From NCBI RefSeq assembly GCF_009914755.1, contig NC_060941.1: a stretch of 64,000 nt of DNA; one strand, 5' to 3'. The position numbers were made by a program, and so were the translations under genes. The stretch comes from the human T2T-CHM13v2.0 reference genome, Homo sapiens. Shown here one piece after another: positions 14,562 to 28,100 of the stretch; positions within the stretch are counted from its first letter, which is position 1; every line of letters starts with the position of its first letter. The notes beneath the pieces are model-generated. The model was not told the origin of the DNA. It made no database searches and worked only from the letters and a program-made list of their open reading frames with translations.

Positions 14562-14571
14562 TTCAAAAGAA
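14562..14571. promoter_or_regulatory. STAT6-type site TTC(N4)GAA upstream of CCL23
   Basis: TTCAAAAGAA ~0.7 kb upstream; CCL23 is known to be IL-4/STAT6 inducible. Confidence 0.55.
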
Positions 14572-14589
14572 AACTCCCATTTATTCTCT

Positions 14590-15220
14590 ACTACTATTCT
14601 CAATGCTTCACTTCTGAGACTACCTGGTGTTAGCATAGACCACACAGGTTAAGGGCTCGGTCCCGTGAGGCTGGCAACACTTCAGATGCCAATCTCAAAT
14701 AGTGGGTCCCCAGGTTACCCACAACTTCTGTTTGACTTGGCTACACATCAGAATTTCCCAAGACCCCCTCCTCAGATTCCATAATTACTAAAGTAGCTCT
14801 CAGAACTCAGAAGAACAGTTTACTTACAGGGTTATATTATAAAGCATACAACTCAGGAACAGCCAGGTCAATGAGATGCATAGGGAAAGGCATGGGGAGT
14901 GGGTTTGGAGCTTCTGTGTCCTCTCCAGGTGTACCATCCTCTCAGTGCCTCCACTGAACACTGTTCCAAGTTCACCAACCTGGAAACTCTCTAAACCCCA
15001 TTCTGTTAGGTTTTTATGGAAGATTTATTACATAAGCATGATTGATTAAATCATTAACCATTAGTAATCAGATCAATCTCCAGCCTCTCTCCCCTCCCTG
15101 GAGTTTAGGGGTAGAGGCTGAAATTTCCAATCCTTTCATGGTTGGCTCCCATGGCAACCAGTTCTCATCCCTAAGGCTTTCCAAAAGTCACTTCATTGAC
15201 ATAAACTCAGGTGTGGTAGG
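14590..15220. mobile_element. LTR fragment (MER21-like)
   Basis: Motifs such as gggtccccaggttacccacaacttctg and ataactcaggaacagcca; family from memory; boundaries approximate. Confidence 0.6.
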
Positions 15221-15565
15221 AACTACTTGTCCAGACTTCCAGGTTGTACGTGCCTGAGTAATGAGCTGATCCTTCTTATACCTCAGCATCAGAGAATCCC
15301 CGGTGCAGGAAAAGTGGGGTGTGCATGATGGACAAGGTGAGGTGCTGTCAGATTATACCGTCTTGAGCTGGGCAGAGCCTGGGTGCAACTGGCTGCTGTA
15401 GTGGTGGCTAGAGTCAGAGATAAAGCTGATAGAATGGAAGTGGTGTACAGAGGAGCCTGACACAGTATTAGATGCATATTTTTTTAGTGAAAGAATATAA
15501 GGAATAGATTTCACAATATTCACCAATCAGTATGTTGATTACACAACATATTGTCATTTCTTGAC

Positions 15566-18500
15566 AGGGATTGCTTTCAGCTTTTGCTCATTCAGTATGA
15601 TTTTGGCTGTGGGTTTGTCATAAACAGCTCTTATTATTTTGAGATATGTTCCATCAATGCTAGTTTATTGAGTGTTTTTAGCATGAAGTGTTGTTGAATT
15701 TTATCGAAGACCTTTTCTGCATCTATTGAGATAATCATGTGGTTTTTGTCATTGGTTCTGTTTATGTGATGGATTACATTTATTGACTTGCATATGTTGA
15801 ATCAGCCTTGCATCCCAGGGATGAAGCCATGGATAAGCTTTTTAATGTGCTGCTGGATTTGGTTTGCCAGTATTTTATTGAGGATTTTTGCAATGATGTT
15901 CATCAGGGATATTGGCCAGAAATTTCCTTTGTTGTTGTTGTTGTTTTGTCTTTGCCAGGTTTTGGTATCAGGATGATGCTGGCCTCATAAAATGAGTTAG
16001 GGAGGAGTCCCTCTTTTTCTGTTGATTGGAATAATTTCAGAAGGAATGGTACCAGCTCCTCTTTGTACCTCTGGTAGAATTCGGCTGTGAATCCATCTGG
16101 TCCTGTGCTTTTTTTGGTTGGTAGGCTATCAATTACTGCCTCAATTTCAGAACTCGTTATTGGTCTATTCAGGGATTCAACTTCTTCCTGGTTTAGTCTT
16201 GGGAGGGTGTATGTGTCTAGGAATTTATCCATTTCTTCTAGATTTTCTGGTTTATTTGCATAGAGGTGTTTATCGTATTCTCTGATGGCAGTTTGTATTT
16301 CTGTGGGATCAGTGGTGATATCCCCTTTATCATTTTTTATTGTGTCTATTTGATTCTTCTCTCTTTTCTTTTTTATTAGTCTGGCTAGCAGTCTATCTAT
16401 TTTGTTGATCTTTTCAAAAAACCAGCACCTGGATTCATTGATTTTTTGCAGGGTTTTTTGTGTCTCTATCTCCTTCAGTTCTGCTCTGATCTTAGTTATT
16501 TCTTGTCTTCTGTTAGCTTTCGAATTTGTTTGCTCTTGCTTCTCTAGTTCTTTTAATTGTGATGTTAGGGTGTCAATTTTGGATCTTTCCCACTTTCTAA
16601 TGTGGACATTTAGTGCTATAAATTTCCCTCTAAACACTACTTTTGCCGTGTCCCAGAGATTCTGGTACGTTGTGTCTTTGTTCCCATTGGTTTCAAAGAA
16701 CTTATTTATTTCTGCCTTAACTTTGTTGTTTACCCAGTAGTCATTCAGGAGCAGGTTGTTCAGTTTCCATGTAGTTGTGCAGTTTTGAGTGAGTTTCTTA
16801 ATCCTGAGTTCTAATTTGATTGCACTGTGGTCTGAGAGACTGTTATGATTTCTGTTCTTTTGCACTTGCTGAGGAGTGTTTTACTTCCAATTATGTGTTC
16901 TATTTTAGAATAAGTGCTATGTGGTGCTGAGAAGAATGTATATTCTGTCAGGGTGGAGAGTTCTGTAGATATTTATTAGGTCCGCTTGGCCCAGAGCTGA
17001 GTTCAAGTCCTTAATATCCTTATTAATTTTCTGTCAAGTTGATCTGTCTAATATTGACAGTGAGGTGTTTAAGTCTTCCACTATTATTGTGTGGGAGTCT
17101 ATGTCTCTTTGTAGGTCTCTAAGAACTTGCTTTATAAATCTGGGTGCTCCTGTTTTGGGTGCATATATATTTAGGATAGTTAGCTCTTCTTGTTGCAGTG
17201 ATCCCTTTACCATTATGTAATGTCTTTCTTTGTCATTTTTTATCTTTGTTGGTTTAAAGTCTATTTATCAGAGACTAGGATTGCAACCCCTGCTTTTCTT
17301 TGCTTTCTATTTGCTTGGTAAGTATCCCTCCATCCCTTTATTTTGAGCCTATGTGTGTCTTTGCACGTGAGATGGATCTCCTGAATACAGCACACTGATG
17401 GGTCTTGACTCTTTTATCCAATTTGCCAGTCTGTGTCTTTTAATTGGGGCATTTAGCCTGTTTACATTTAAGGCTAATATTGTTATGTGTGAATTTGATT
17501 CTGTCATTATGTTGTTAGCTGGTTATTTTGCCCATTCATTGATGCAGTTTCTTCATAGTGTCAATCATCTTTACATTTTGGTATGTTTCTGCAGTGACTG
17601 GTACAGGTTTTTCCTTTCCATATTTAGTGCTTCCTTCGGGACCTCTTGTAAGGCAGGCTCTCTTGTCTGTAAAGGATTTTATTTCTCCTTCACTTATGAA
17701 GCTTAGTTTGGCTGGATATGAAATTCTGGGTTGAAAATTCTTTTCTTTAAGAATGTTGAATTGGCCCCCACTCTCTTCTGGCTTGTAGGGTTTCTTCAGA
17801 GAGATCCACTGTTAGTCTGATGGGCTTCCCTTTGTGGGTAACCAGACCTTTCTCTCTGGCTTCCCTTAACATTTTTTTCTTCCATTTCAACCTTGGAGAA
17901 TCTGATGATTTTGTGTCTTGGGGTTGCTCTTCTCGAGGAGTATCTTTGTGGTGTTCTCTGTATTTCCTGAATTTGAATGTTGGCCTGTCTTGCTAGGTTG
18001 GGGAAGTTCTCCTGGCTTCCTGAAGTGTATTTTCCAACTTGGTTCCATTCTCCCCGTCACTTTCAGGTACACAAATCAAATGTAGGTTTGGTCTTTTCAC
18101 ATAGTCCCATATTTCTTGGAGGCTTTGTTCATTCCTTTTCATTCTTTTTTCTCTAATCTTGTCTTCATGCTTTATTTCATTAAGGTGATCTTCAGTCTCT
18201 GATATCCTTTCTTCTGCTTGATCAATTCGGCTATTGATACTTGTGTATGCTTCACGAAGTTCTCGTGCTGTGTTTTTCAGCTCTATCAGATCATTTATGC
18301 TCTTCTCTAAACTGGCTATTCTAGTTAGCAGTTCCTGTAACCTTTTATCAAGGTTCTTAGCTTCCTTGCATTGGGTTACAACATGCTCCTTTAGCTTGGA
18401 GGAGTTTGTTAGTACCCACCTTCTGAAGCCTACTTCTGTCGATTCATCAAACTCATTCTCCATCCAGTTTTGTTCCCTTGCTGGCGAGGAGTTGTGATCC

Positions 18501-20130
18501 TTTGGAGGAGAAGAGGCATTCTGGTTTTTGGAATTTTCAGCCTTTTTGCAAAGGTTTTCCTTCATTTTCGTGGATTTATCTACCTTTGGTCTTTGACGTT
18601 GGTGACCTTCAGATGGGGTTTTTGTGTGGGCATCTTTTTTGTTGATGTTGATGCTATTGCTTTCTGTTTGTTAGTTTTCCTTCTAACAGTCAGGCCATTC
18701 TTCTGCAGGTCTGCTGGAGTTTGCTTTAGGTCCCCTCCAGACTCTGTTTGCCTGGGTATCACTGATGGAGGCTGCAGAACAGCAAAGATTGCTGCCTGCT
18801 CCCTCCTCTGAAAGCTTCATCCAAGAGGGGTACCCGCCAGATGCCAGCCGGAGCTCTCCTGTATGAGGTGTCTGTTGACCCCTGCTAGGAGGTGTCTTCC
18901 AGTCAGGAGGCATGGGGGCAGGGACCCACTTGAGGAGGCAGTCTGTCCCTTAGCAGAGCTTGAGTGCTGTGCTGGGAGATCTGCTGCTCTCTTCAGAGCT
19001 GGCAGGCAGGAATGTTTAAGTTTGCTGAAGCTGCGCCCACAGCCACCCCTTCCCCCAGGTGCTCTGTCCTAGGGAGATGGGACTTTTATCTGTAAGTCCC
19101 TGACTGTGGCTGCTGCCTTTTTTTCAGAAACGCCCTGCCCAGAGAGGAGGAATCTAGAGAGGCAGTCTGACTGCAGCGGCTTTGCCGCACTGAGGTGGGT
19201 TCTGCATCCAGTTCGAACTTCCAGGTGGCTTTGTTTACACTGTGAGGGGAAACTGCCTACTCAAGCCTCAGTAATGGTGGGCACCCCTCCCCCCATCAAG
19301 CTTGCATGTCCCAGGTAGACTTCAGACTGCTGTGCTGGCAGCGAGAATTTCAAGCCAGTGGATCTTAGCTTGTTGGGCTCAGTGGGTGTGGGATTTGCTG
19401 AGCAAGACCACTTGGCTCTTTGGCTTCAGCCTCCTTTCTAGGGGAGCGAACTGTTCTGTCTTGCTGGTGTTCCAGGTGCCACTGGGGTACAAAAAGACTC
19501 CTGCAGCTTGCTCAGTGTCTACCCAAATGGCCGCCCAGTTTTGTGCTTGAAACCCAGGGCCCTGGTGGTGTAGGCACCCGTGAGAATCTCCTGGTCTGTG
19601 GGTTGCGAAGACCATGGGAAAAGCATAGTATCTGGGCCGGATAGCACTGTCCCTCACAGCACAGTCCCTCATGGCTTCCCTTGGCTAGGGGAGGGAGTTC
19701 CCTGACCCCTTGTGTAATTTATACAGACCTAGGGGGACTGAACAAAGGGGGTGAACGTGGGAATAAAAGACAAGAGACAAAAGAATATATTTAGTCAGGG
19801 GCCACTTTGCCTCTAGTGGACAAGGGCCCTGAGCTTTACATAGCCCTCCATCTTTATTAGGCAAAAGAGATAGTGAGAAGGGGGTTGGAAGAAGGGGTCA
19901 GCCGCTTGGTCCAGAGTAGGCTTGTAAGACTGTGTTGTGCTTCCAGGGTGAGGCAATGCCCCACCCTGCTCCTGCTCACCCTCCATGGGCTACACCCACC
20001 GTCCAACCAGTCCCAATGAGCTGAACTGGGTACCTCAGTTGGAAATGCAGAAATCACCTGCCTTCTGGGTTGGTCTCACTGGGAGCTGCAGACCAGAGCT
20101 GTTCCTATTCAGGCATCTTGCCTGGGAATC
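15566..20130 (-). mobile_element. L1PA element: 5'UTR, ORF1 and first part of ORF2; 3' end missing
   Basis: ORF1 peptide 17993-18565, ORF2 peptide 15903-16865 ([10 protein letters not shown]...[17 protein letters not shown]), L1PA 5'UTR to ~20130. Confidence 0.92.
19713..19934 (-). mobile_element. ERVK LTR fragment (LTR3/HML-6-like) inside L1 5'UTR
   Basis: L1 sequence ...ccccttg|tgcttcc... is interrupted by ~220 bp starting TGTAA...gacctagggggactgaacaaagggg; family from memory. Confidence 0.55.
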
Positions 20131-20539
20131 CTTGTGCATGATCTTAAATGGCCTATTACACGAGAAAAACTTTCTTCTTAAGTGATAAGGGGAATAACAG
20201 AGCCTGCCAACTCATCTTCTTGTTTCTTGTGTAAGACTGGGCCCAGGTCCTTTTTAGAGAAACAAAACCAATCCAAACAATGTCTCCTTAAAGAGGCCTG
20301 TAGCTAAAGTCTGCGCTATGCCATGCAATTGAAACTGCTCTAGGGTTGCACAGAGATGGAGTCCCTTAAATATCTTCTGACCATTCCTGTATACCAGCCA
20401 CTGTATGTGTATTTGGTGATACCAAGTCAAATGAATTGGTTTCAGTTTTGCGCCAAATGTTTCTCCTAACTCACACTGGTTATCTGAAATTAGATCTTGG
20501 TTTAAATATTTAACTAATTCCTTCCTTTGATAGACTGTT

Positions 20540-20978
20540 TGCAAAAATGGGTGCAGTAATTCCTACCACCCAGTGTGCCTACCCTTGGGAAGTCCCTTCG
20601 CCTACTGAATCTGGTCTTTGCTATGTGACTGTCTTTGGACAATGAGACAATAGAAAATGTGATGAAAACAGAGGCCGGAAAAGTGCTGGTGCATTGATAC
20701 TTGCATTATTAATATTTCACTGCTGAGAACTTTTATACCACCGCATGTGCCAGCCTATGCTAGCCTACCAAAGGAGGAGAGACCACAAGGAGAGAAAGGT
20801 CCCCAGACATCCCAGCTGTCCCAGCTGAGAGGTTATCCTAGGCCTTCAAACCCTGGCTGAGCTGGCTCAGACCGGGAGAACTACCCCTCCAACCTACAGA
20901 ATTGTGAGAATAGCTGTTTGCTGTTTTAAGTCACTACATTTTGTGGTGATTTATGATGTAGCAAAAGCTAACTGATAA
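20540..20978 (+). mobile_element. MaLR LTR (MLT1-like)
   Basis: Typical 3' end ...gttttaagtcactacattttgtggtgatttatgatgtagcaaaagctaactgata. Confidence 0.65.
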
Positions 20979-21044
20979 TCCTCCTTTTGGGCCATAAGGA
21001 TAGATTTATCTTTTTTATAAATTTGCTGAACGCAAAAGTAATAG

Positions 21045-21377
<333 letters not shown>

Positions 21378-22127
21378 GAGGCTTGTTGCTTTTAATTAAA
21401 CTAGGTACTTGTTAGAGAAGGACTACATAAATCTTAGTAAAGATGCTTTATTCTAGTTAGGGTAGAGATAGAGGATTGAGGAAGTTTCTGCCATCCAGAG
21501 CTGTGGAGCCTTTGTGCCCATTGGAGATTTCAAGGGAGGTCCAGATGCATCCCTTTGGACTGGGATGAAGAGAAACATTTCTGAAAGGGATAGCATTTGA
21601 TGCAGGTCTCAGAAATAGGACAGAGACTGTATACTGCTTCAAAAGGCAGGGAAGGGAGGAAGAAGATCCTAGTCAGCTGTAACTGCCAATAAGGATAGTA
21701 AATAGTTGCAATGAGATATGGGCTACTTACTGTTTTATGTTTTACAATTATTATATAATTAAATCTTAACTACAATCTTGTGAAATAGGCACAGTCATTA
21801 GCTCTTTTTCCAGATGAGGCTATGGAGACATACAGCAATAGAGTAATTTGCTAATATTTGCTATATGCCCACATGGGTAGTAAAGGGCAAAGCTGGCATT
21901 TGAACCAAGGTCTCTCTAATACTAGACCTCACTATTTAAGACAAAGGCATGGACATGATCAAATTGAGGCACATTTTGGATGTGTCTATAGTATACAAAT
22001 AATGTACACATAAGCATGATCATTAATGTTTTTAAATTGGACTTTTTTATTTTGAGGTAATTGTAGATTCACATGCAATTGTAAGAAATAATACAGAGAG
22101 ATCCTGGGTAGTGTACTCTTTACACAG

Positions 22128-22964
<837 letters not shown>

Positions 22965-25419
22965 CCAGTTTCTCCCAAAAGTGACATGTTGCAAAACGAT
23001 AGTACAATATAGTAGAGGATATTGACATTGATATCATCAATATACAGAAAAGTTCCTTCACCACAAGGCTCCCTCATGTAACCCTTGTATAGCTACACTT
23101 ATCTCCCTCCCACCCATCCCACCCCTTCCTCAATTCTTGGCAACCACGAATCTGTTCTCCATGTTTATAATCTTGTCATTTTATGAATGTTATGTAAATG
23201 GAATCATATGGTATGTCACCTCTTGGGATTGGCTTTATTCACTCAGCTGAATTCTCTGGAGATTCATTCAGGTTGTTGCATGTGCCAATAGTTCATTCTT
23301 TTTATTGCTGAATAGTATTCCATGATATGGTTGAACCACAGTTTGTTTAATCATTTATCCACTGAAGGACATCTGGGTGTTTCCAGTTTTGGGCTATTAT
23401 AAATAATGCTGCAATAAACATTCATGTACTGCTTTGTTTATGTGAATGTAAGTCTTCATTCTCCAGGATAAATGCTCAAGGGTACGATTAACATTTAGCA
23501 TGGCTATCAATACTTTAAGACAAGTTCTGTGATCAAGTATTTTCTTTTTAAGTAAAGTAGGGGGCATGTGTTTGTTTTTTTCAGCACCTTCCTTTCTTCT
23601 GGAAAGATGCCCTCTTCTTGGAGGAACTGCCCATGTAGCTATTAGGTTCTGTGAGGCTCTTGCCCATCACAGTACCTCCTCCTTTGCAATAGATGTGCAC
23701 CTACCTCCCCAGTCAGACAACTGGGGTCCTTCCCAGGGATTTTTCAGATTCTAATGACAGAAAAGCAGCAGCTCCTTCAGGAAGTGGAGGTCCTGTGGTC
23801 TGCCTTCAGAAGAGCAATGCCATTGATACCAGGATCCTGTGGAACTGCATGCCCTGGGGCTGGTTTTCCCTGAGCTGTACGCCTGCCATCCACTCTGAAT
23901 TTATGAGCTAATAAACTATTTCTGGTTTTGCTCGAGGAAATTTTGAGAGAGCTTTCTGTCACATAAGACTCAAAGTATAAAGAATCTTTCATTCCCCACT
24001 CCTGGGCTCTTTCTGGCTTCGTGCTCATGGTTCTGACTCTCCTCTCCTTCAGTTCTGAGGTCCCAACTGTCAGGGCCCAAAGAAACCGCTCAAGTTCTTG
24101 CTGTGTCCAGCACAATTTTCATGGAACAGCCCTTGGTGTTTTCTCCAAGGCTCTGATACCAAATCTACACTGAGACCTGGAGCCTATGGCTTCCTTGGGC
24201 CCCCAGAGGGCTGGGAGTCATAATTTGGCACAATGAGTGAGAGCTGAGAGAAAGTGGGCCTGGGATTAAATCCTGGGCAGAGAAATTCCCAAGGGCTGGC
24301 AGAGGTGAGGGGATGGGGTAGGAGCCTTGGGCTCTGCTCCTGCTGCATCCTGAACTGGGATACCTCAACTGCAGTGTGGCGACTGTGCTGTGAGCTCTAG
24401 ATCACGGCTGGCATCATGGGCGTGTGACCTGTGCAATTACACAGGTCCTTGCTCTTGGTTTCAGGCTCTGCTGCCGTTGTTGTTTAGGAGTTAGTAGTTT
24501 TTTAACAAGGGGCCTAACACTTTCATTTTTCACTGGGTCTTGTGTAGTCATGGCTTCAGGCACTGTGGAGTTGTCACTAATGTACTGCACCCTTTGGATG
24601 ATGAAGATGAGGCACAAGAGGCTGAGGAGTTGAGACTCTGTACAAGTTCCTACCTTCCCCATGGAATCCTGGAGACTTCTGGCTTTGGGCAAGTCTCCTT
24701 TCCGAGGGGTTGCTCCCTATTCCCCAGGACCCTATACACACCTGAGCCAGTGTCCTCCACGGTGATTCATGCGATCCTTTCAGGCAGTTCCCTCTTTCTT
24801 CTTCTTTGTCCCAGACTTGGCCCCTCTCTACCCACTGGGACCACCTCCTCCATCTCTTTGAAGGCTCAGCCCAGGCCAAAAGGTGCTCAGCTTCTCTCTG
24901 TGTCTGCACACCTGATAGGTGTCCAGAAGTCTTCCTCTCCCTTGGGAAGTACCCAGCCTTCCTCCTCTTTTCAGGCCCTGCTAGCTTTTTTCACCCCTGA
25001 GGTCAGCAGTTGGAACCCAAGTTCCCCAAGGTCAGTGGTTGGAGCCCAAGTTTGCCTGACTCTAAAGCCTGTGATTGTCTTATTATATCTTGCTCTTCTT
25101 GTTACAACAGTGATTATTTTAACAATCATTATCATTTATTAAGTGCTTACTATGGGCAGGTCAGGACCAGATGGTGGTAAATGAGGCACTAGCCTTGCGC
25201 TTGTGTTGAAAACCCAAGGGGACACCAAAAAGTTCAGTAGTAAAAATAAGTAATATTTTAGTGAACTATTTAAAAAATCAAAATTACTACTGAAAAAATC
25301 ACAATGAACAAAACACAAAAACACTTAAATAAAGACAGGATCGGTAACAGTGCTGTGCCGAGCCATATTGGAACTTGAGGAAAAAGGTAAAATCAATGGG
25401 AGCTTCCTGTTAGAATATC

Positions 25420-25576
25420 CACCCATCCATCTGTCCATTCATCAATATGTCCATCCATCTATCCATACATCTGTCCATCCATCCATCCATCTCCCATCCA
25501 TCCATCCATCCATCTGTCCCTCTGTCCATCTGTTCATCCACCCATCCACCTCTCATCCATCCATCTGTCCATCCAT

Positions 25577-25612
<36 letters not shown>
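25420..25612. repeat. (CCAT)n degenerate microsatellite
   Basis: Directly visible; explains the HPSI/MDGW ORFs. Confidence 0.95.
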
Positions 25613-25613
<1 letters not shown>

Positions 25614-26358
25614 TAATATAAATTTACTGAGCATCTACCACGTGCTGGGCATTCTGCTCAGCACCAAGAGTATCACACAAAGAGCCAAAAAGATTATGTT
25701 CCTTTCCTCCTGGAGACAAAATTAAATAATCACACAAATAAACATGTACTTATACACTGTGATAAGCAACACCATGGAAAAGAATATATTGGGGGCCCAG
25801 AGAATGCCTCTCTGAGAAAGTAGCATTTAAGCTGAGAATTATAAAATGAGCAATGTTTGCTAAGTTGACAAGTGAGGAAAAGGGAGACAAAGGTAAGGGA
25901 AGTAGTTTGTGCAAAAGTCTTGAGGCAGGAGGTACTAGCACATATCAGGGACTGGTTGGTATTAGTTGAGAGCAACTAGAAAAATCATGGGTCCTGCCTT
26001 GAGTTTTATACAAGGGCAGAGGAAGAACCAGCCCTCAAAATTAAAGACACAACGGGAGACCAAAATGAAAGCTGCTATATAGTTTCCCCCCAAAGTTGTC
26101 CTCGTTCAAGCTATCAGTGACACATACGCAGGGGCTGTTGATTTATGCCTATCATGAGGCATCTGCCTCTCTTCCTGGGAGTGTGAGACTCATGCCAAAA
26201 GCTTAGCGGTGGTCTGCAGTGGCCTCATCTAGGGCTGCTCCTGGGAATGCACTGGAAAGAGAAGCCCCCTTCGAGGCTTCTCTGGGTTCATTTCCTTTAA
26301 ATCCAAAGCCCTTCTTTGGGTTCATTTCCTTTAAAGCATGGCCAGGTCAGCTTCAGGC

Positions 26359-26873
26359 TATAAGATATGATGAAGTTTCTCTTCAAATAGCCTAATCAAT
26401 CCTTTATTCTTTAATAGTACCTCCCCACCCCTTTTTCCTTTTTGTCTTTTTTTCTTCCTTTCTGCCTTTGTTACATGCCCAGACACGCCACAATACCAGG
26501 TGTTAGCAGTACCAGCTCACATTCCTTTCCTTATTAAAAAAAAAAAGACTAACTCTCTAGCTCATTACAGACACCCCTTCCCCTTTCCCCTCTCTCTCTT
26601 ACATGCCCACCTTATCTGAAACAAAAAAGTTCAAATATTTAGCCAAACAGAATTAGTTTAAAGCGTACAACCCAATCCTGGCCAATGAAAAAAAAAAATA
26701 CAAAAGCAAGACTTGCGTCAGAAATAAAGGCTTTCATGCCCCTTTATTCAAGTGTGCTCCCATGGCGACTGGCCAAGGAGAAACACCCCTCTGCGCAAAA
26801 GTAAAATTGCTTTGCTAAAAATCCTTTGTTTAAGTGTTCAATTTCCTTAGAATTTTAAATATTATTCCCAAAA
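26359..26873 (+). mobile_element. ERV1 solo LTR (LTR10-like), G-depleted
   Basis: TSD AGGC (26355-26358 / 26874-26877); CCAAT box and AATAAA present; termini TA...AA instead of TG...CA. Confidence 0.7.
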
Positions 26874-27419
26874 AGGCCTTAGCATCATCTTAAGCAGTCA
26901 CAAACAGACCTGTCAAATTCCTACCAACCTTTTCTTTCCTCTTCTTTTCTTTGCCCTGACATTTCCTGTATTTGGGCCTCTGAAGATTCAAAGAATAGAG
27001 TCCCTAACTTACCCAGCCCATCCCTGCCTTGAGTTGGTCTTTGACCCTTTAATAACTGCGCCCTTCCATTTAAAAGTAAAATATTTCCTTGTTAAGAAGA
27101 CATGTGGTTGGATTATTGCTTCTGCTTTTCACAAAGCCATAGAGTAAAAGCCAAGCCTCAGGATCTGGAGAGGAGGGATGAGGTTGAATTTTATGATCTA
27201 TACTTCTCTCTTGGCAGCCAGGCAGGATTTGAGGGAGCAGGACCCTGTTAGAGATGAGGCAACCCAGGGAGCTGGAAAGAATATGGTGACTGCCTGGACA
27301 CATGGAAAGGAATACTGCATAGGCTCTGCCACTGGGTTAACTGTAGTTGGGATTGAAATTTACAAAATAGCCCTGAGTGTCTGCCATACCAGGCAATGAG
27401 GGACAGAGGACAAGTGAGC

Positions 27420-28100
27420 AGCATCCCTCTGCCCCCTGCACTCATGCGTCCATCAATAAGTTGGTTCTTTCTAAAGAATATCTGCAATCTGTTGCCTCCT
27501 CTCCATTCTCAGTGCCCCTGCCTTAGTTCAGTCTTTTACCTGGACTATTGCAATGGTCTCCTAATTGGTCCCCCTGCTTCCCTTCTTGCTCCCCTCAAAC
27601 CCGTTCTCTGTCCTGAAGCCAGAGTACTCTTTCTAAAACCCAAATCAGGCCATGCCCATCTACTGACAACCTTTGGCTTACAAGGCTCTGACAGGTCTAC
27701 TGTTCTCGCTGAACTTCCAGTCCCACTGGCCTTCTTTTCATTAGGCAAACACAATCACCCCAGGGCCTTTGCCTTTTCTGGTTTCTCTGCCTGGATGCTT
27801 TCCTACCTCTGGCTTGTTTTATGGCTGAATCTTCCTCATCTTGTAGGGCTCAGATTAATTGTCACCTTCTTAGAGAGGCCTCCTCTGACCTTTCCTAAAG
27901 AACCCACACACCATAGCCTGTTTTAGGTCTTTCAAAGCATTGGTTACCATTGGAAATTACTTTGTATACTTGTTCGCTTGAGGATCATTTCCCCCTTTCC
28001 CATTCCACCCCCTAGAATGTAAGCTCCTGAGGGCTGGGATGGTACATGTCTAGGTTACCCCAGTATCTGGCACTGGGAGCAGTGCCCAATAAATGTGGAA
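27420..28100. mobile_element. L2 fragment
   Basis: Degenerate L2 motifs (cctggactattgcaatggtctcctaattggt; ctagaatgtaagctcctgaggg; caataaatg). Confidence 0.65.

Noticed and set aside
15903-16865. 320-aa ORF, the longest in the track
   Set aside because: Fragment of L1 ORF2, not a host gene.
24577-24909. Minus-strand ORF with QVC...NPSERR and an overlapping CPKPEV frame
   Set aside because: Motifs are in the wrong order and spacing with no splice sites; likely chance.
25350-25725. HPSI/MDGW repeat ORFs
   Set aside because: Translations of the (CCAT)n microsatellite.
26281-26335. ~20-bp direct repeat tgggttcatttcctttaaa x2 (also 10-mer repeats at 54034-54060)
   Set aside because: Simple local slippage duplications; not CRISPR-like in this eukaryotic context.
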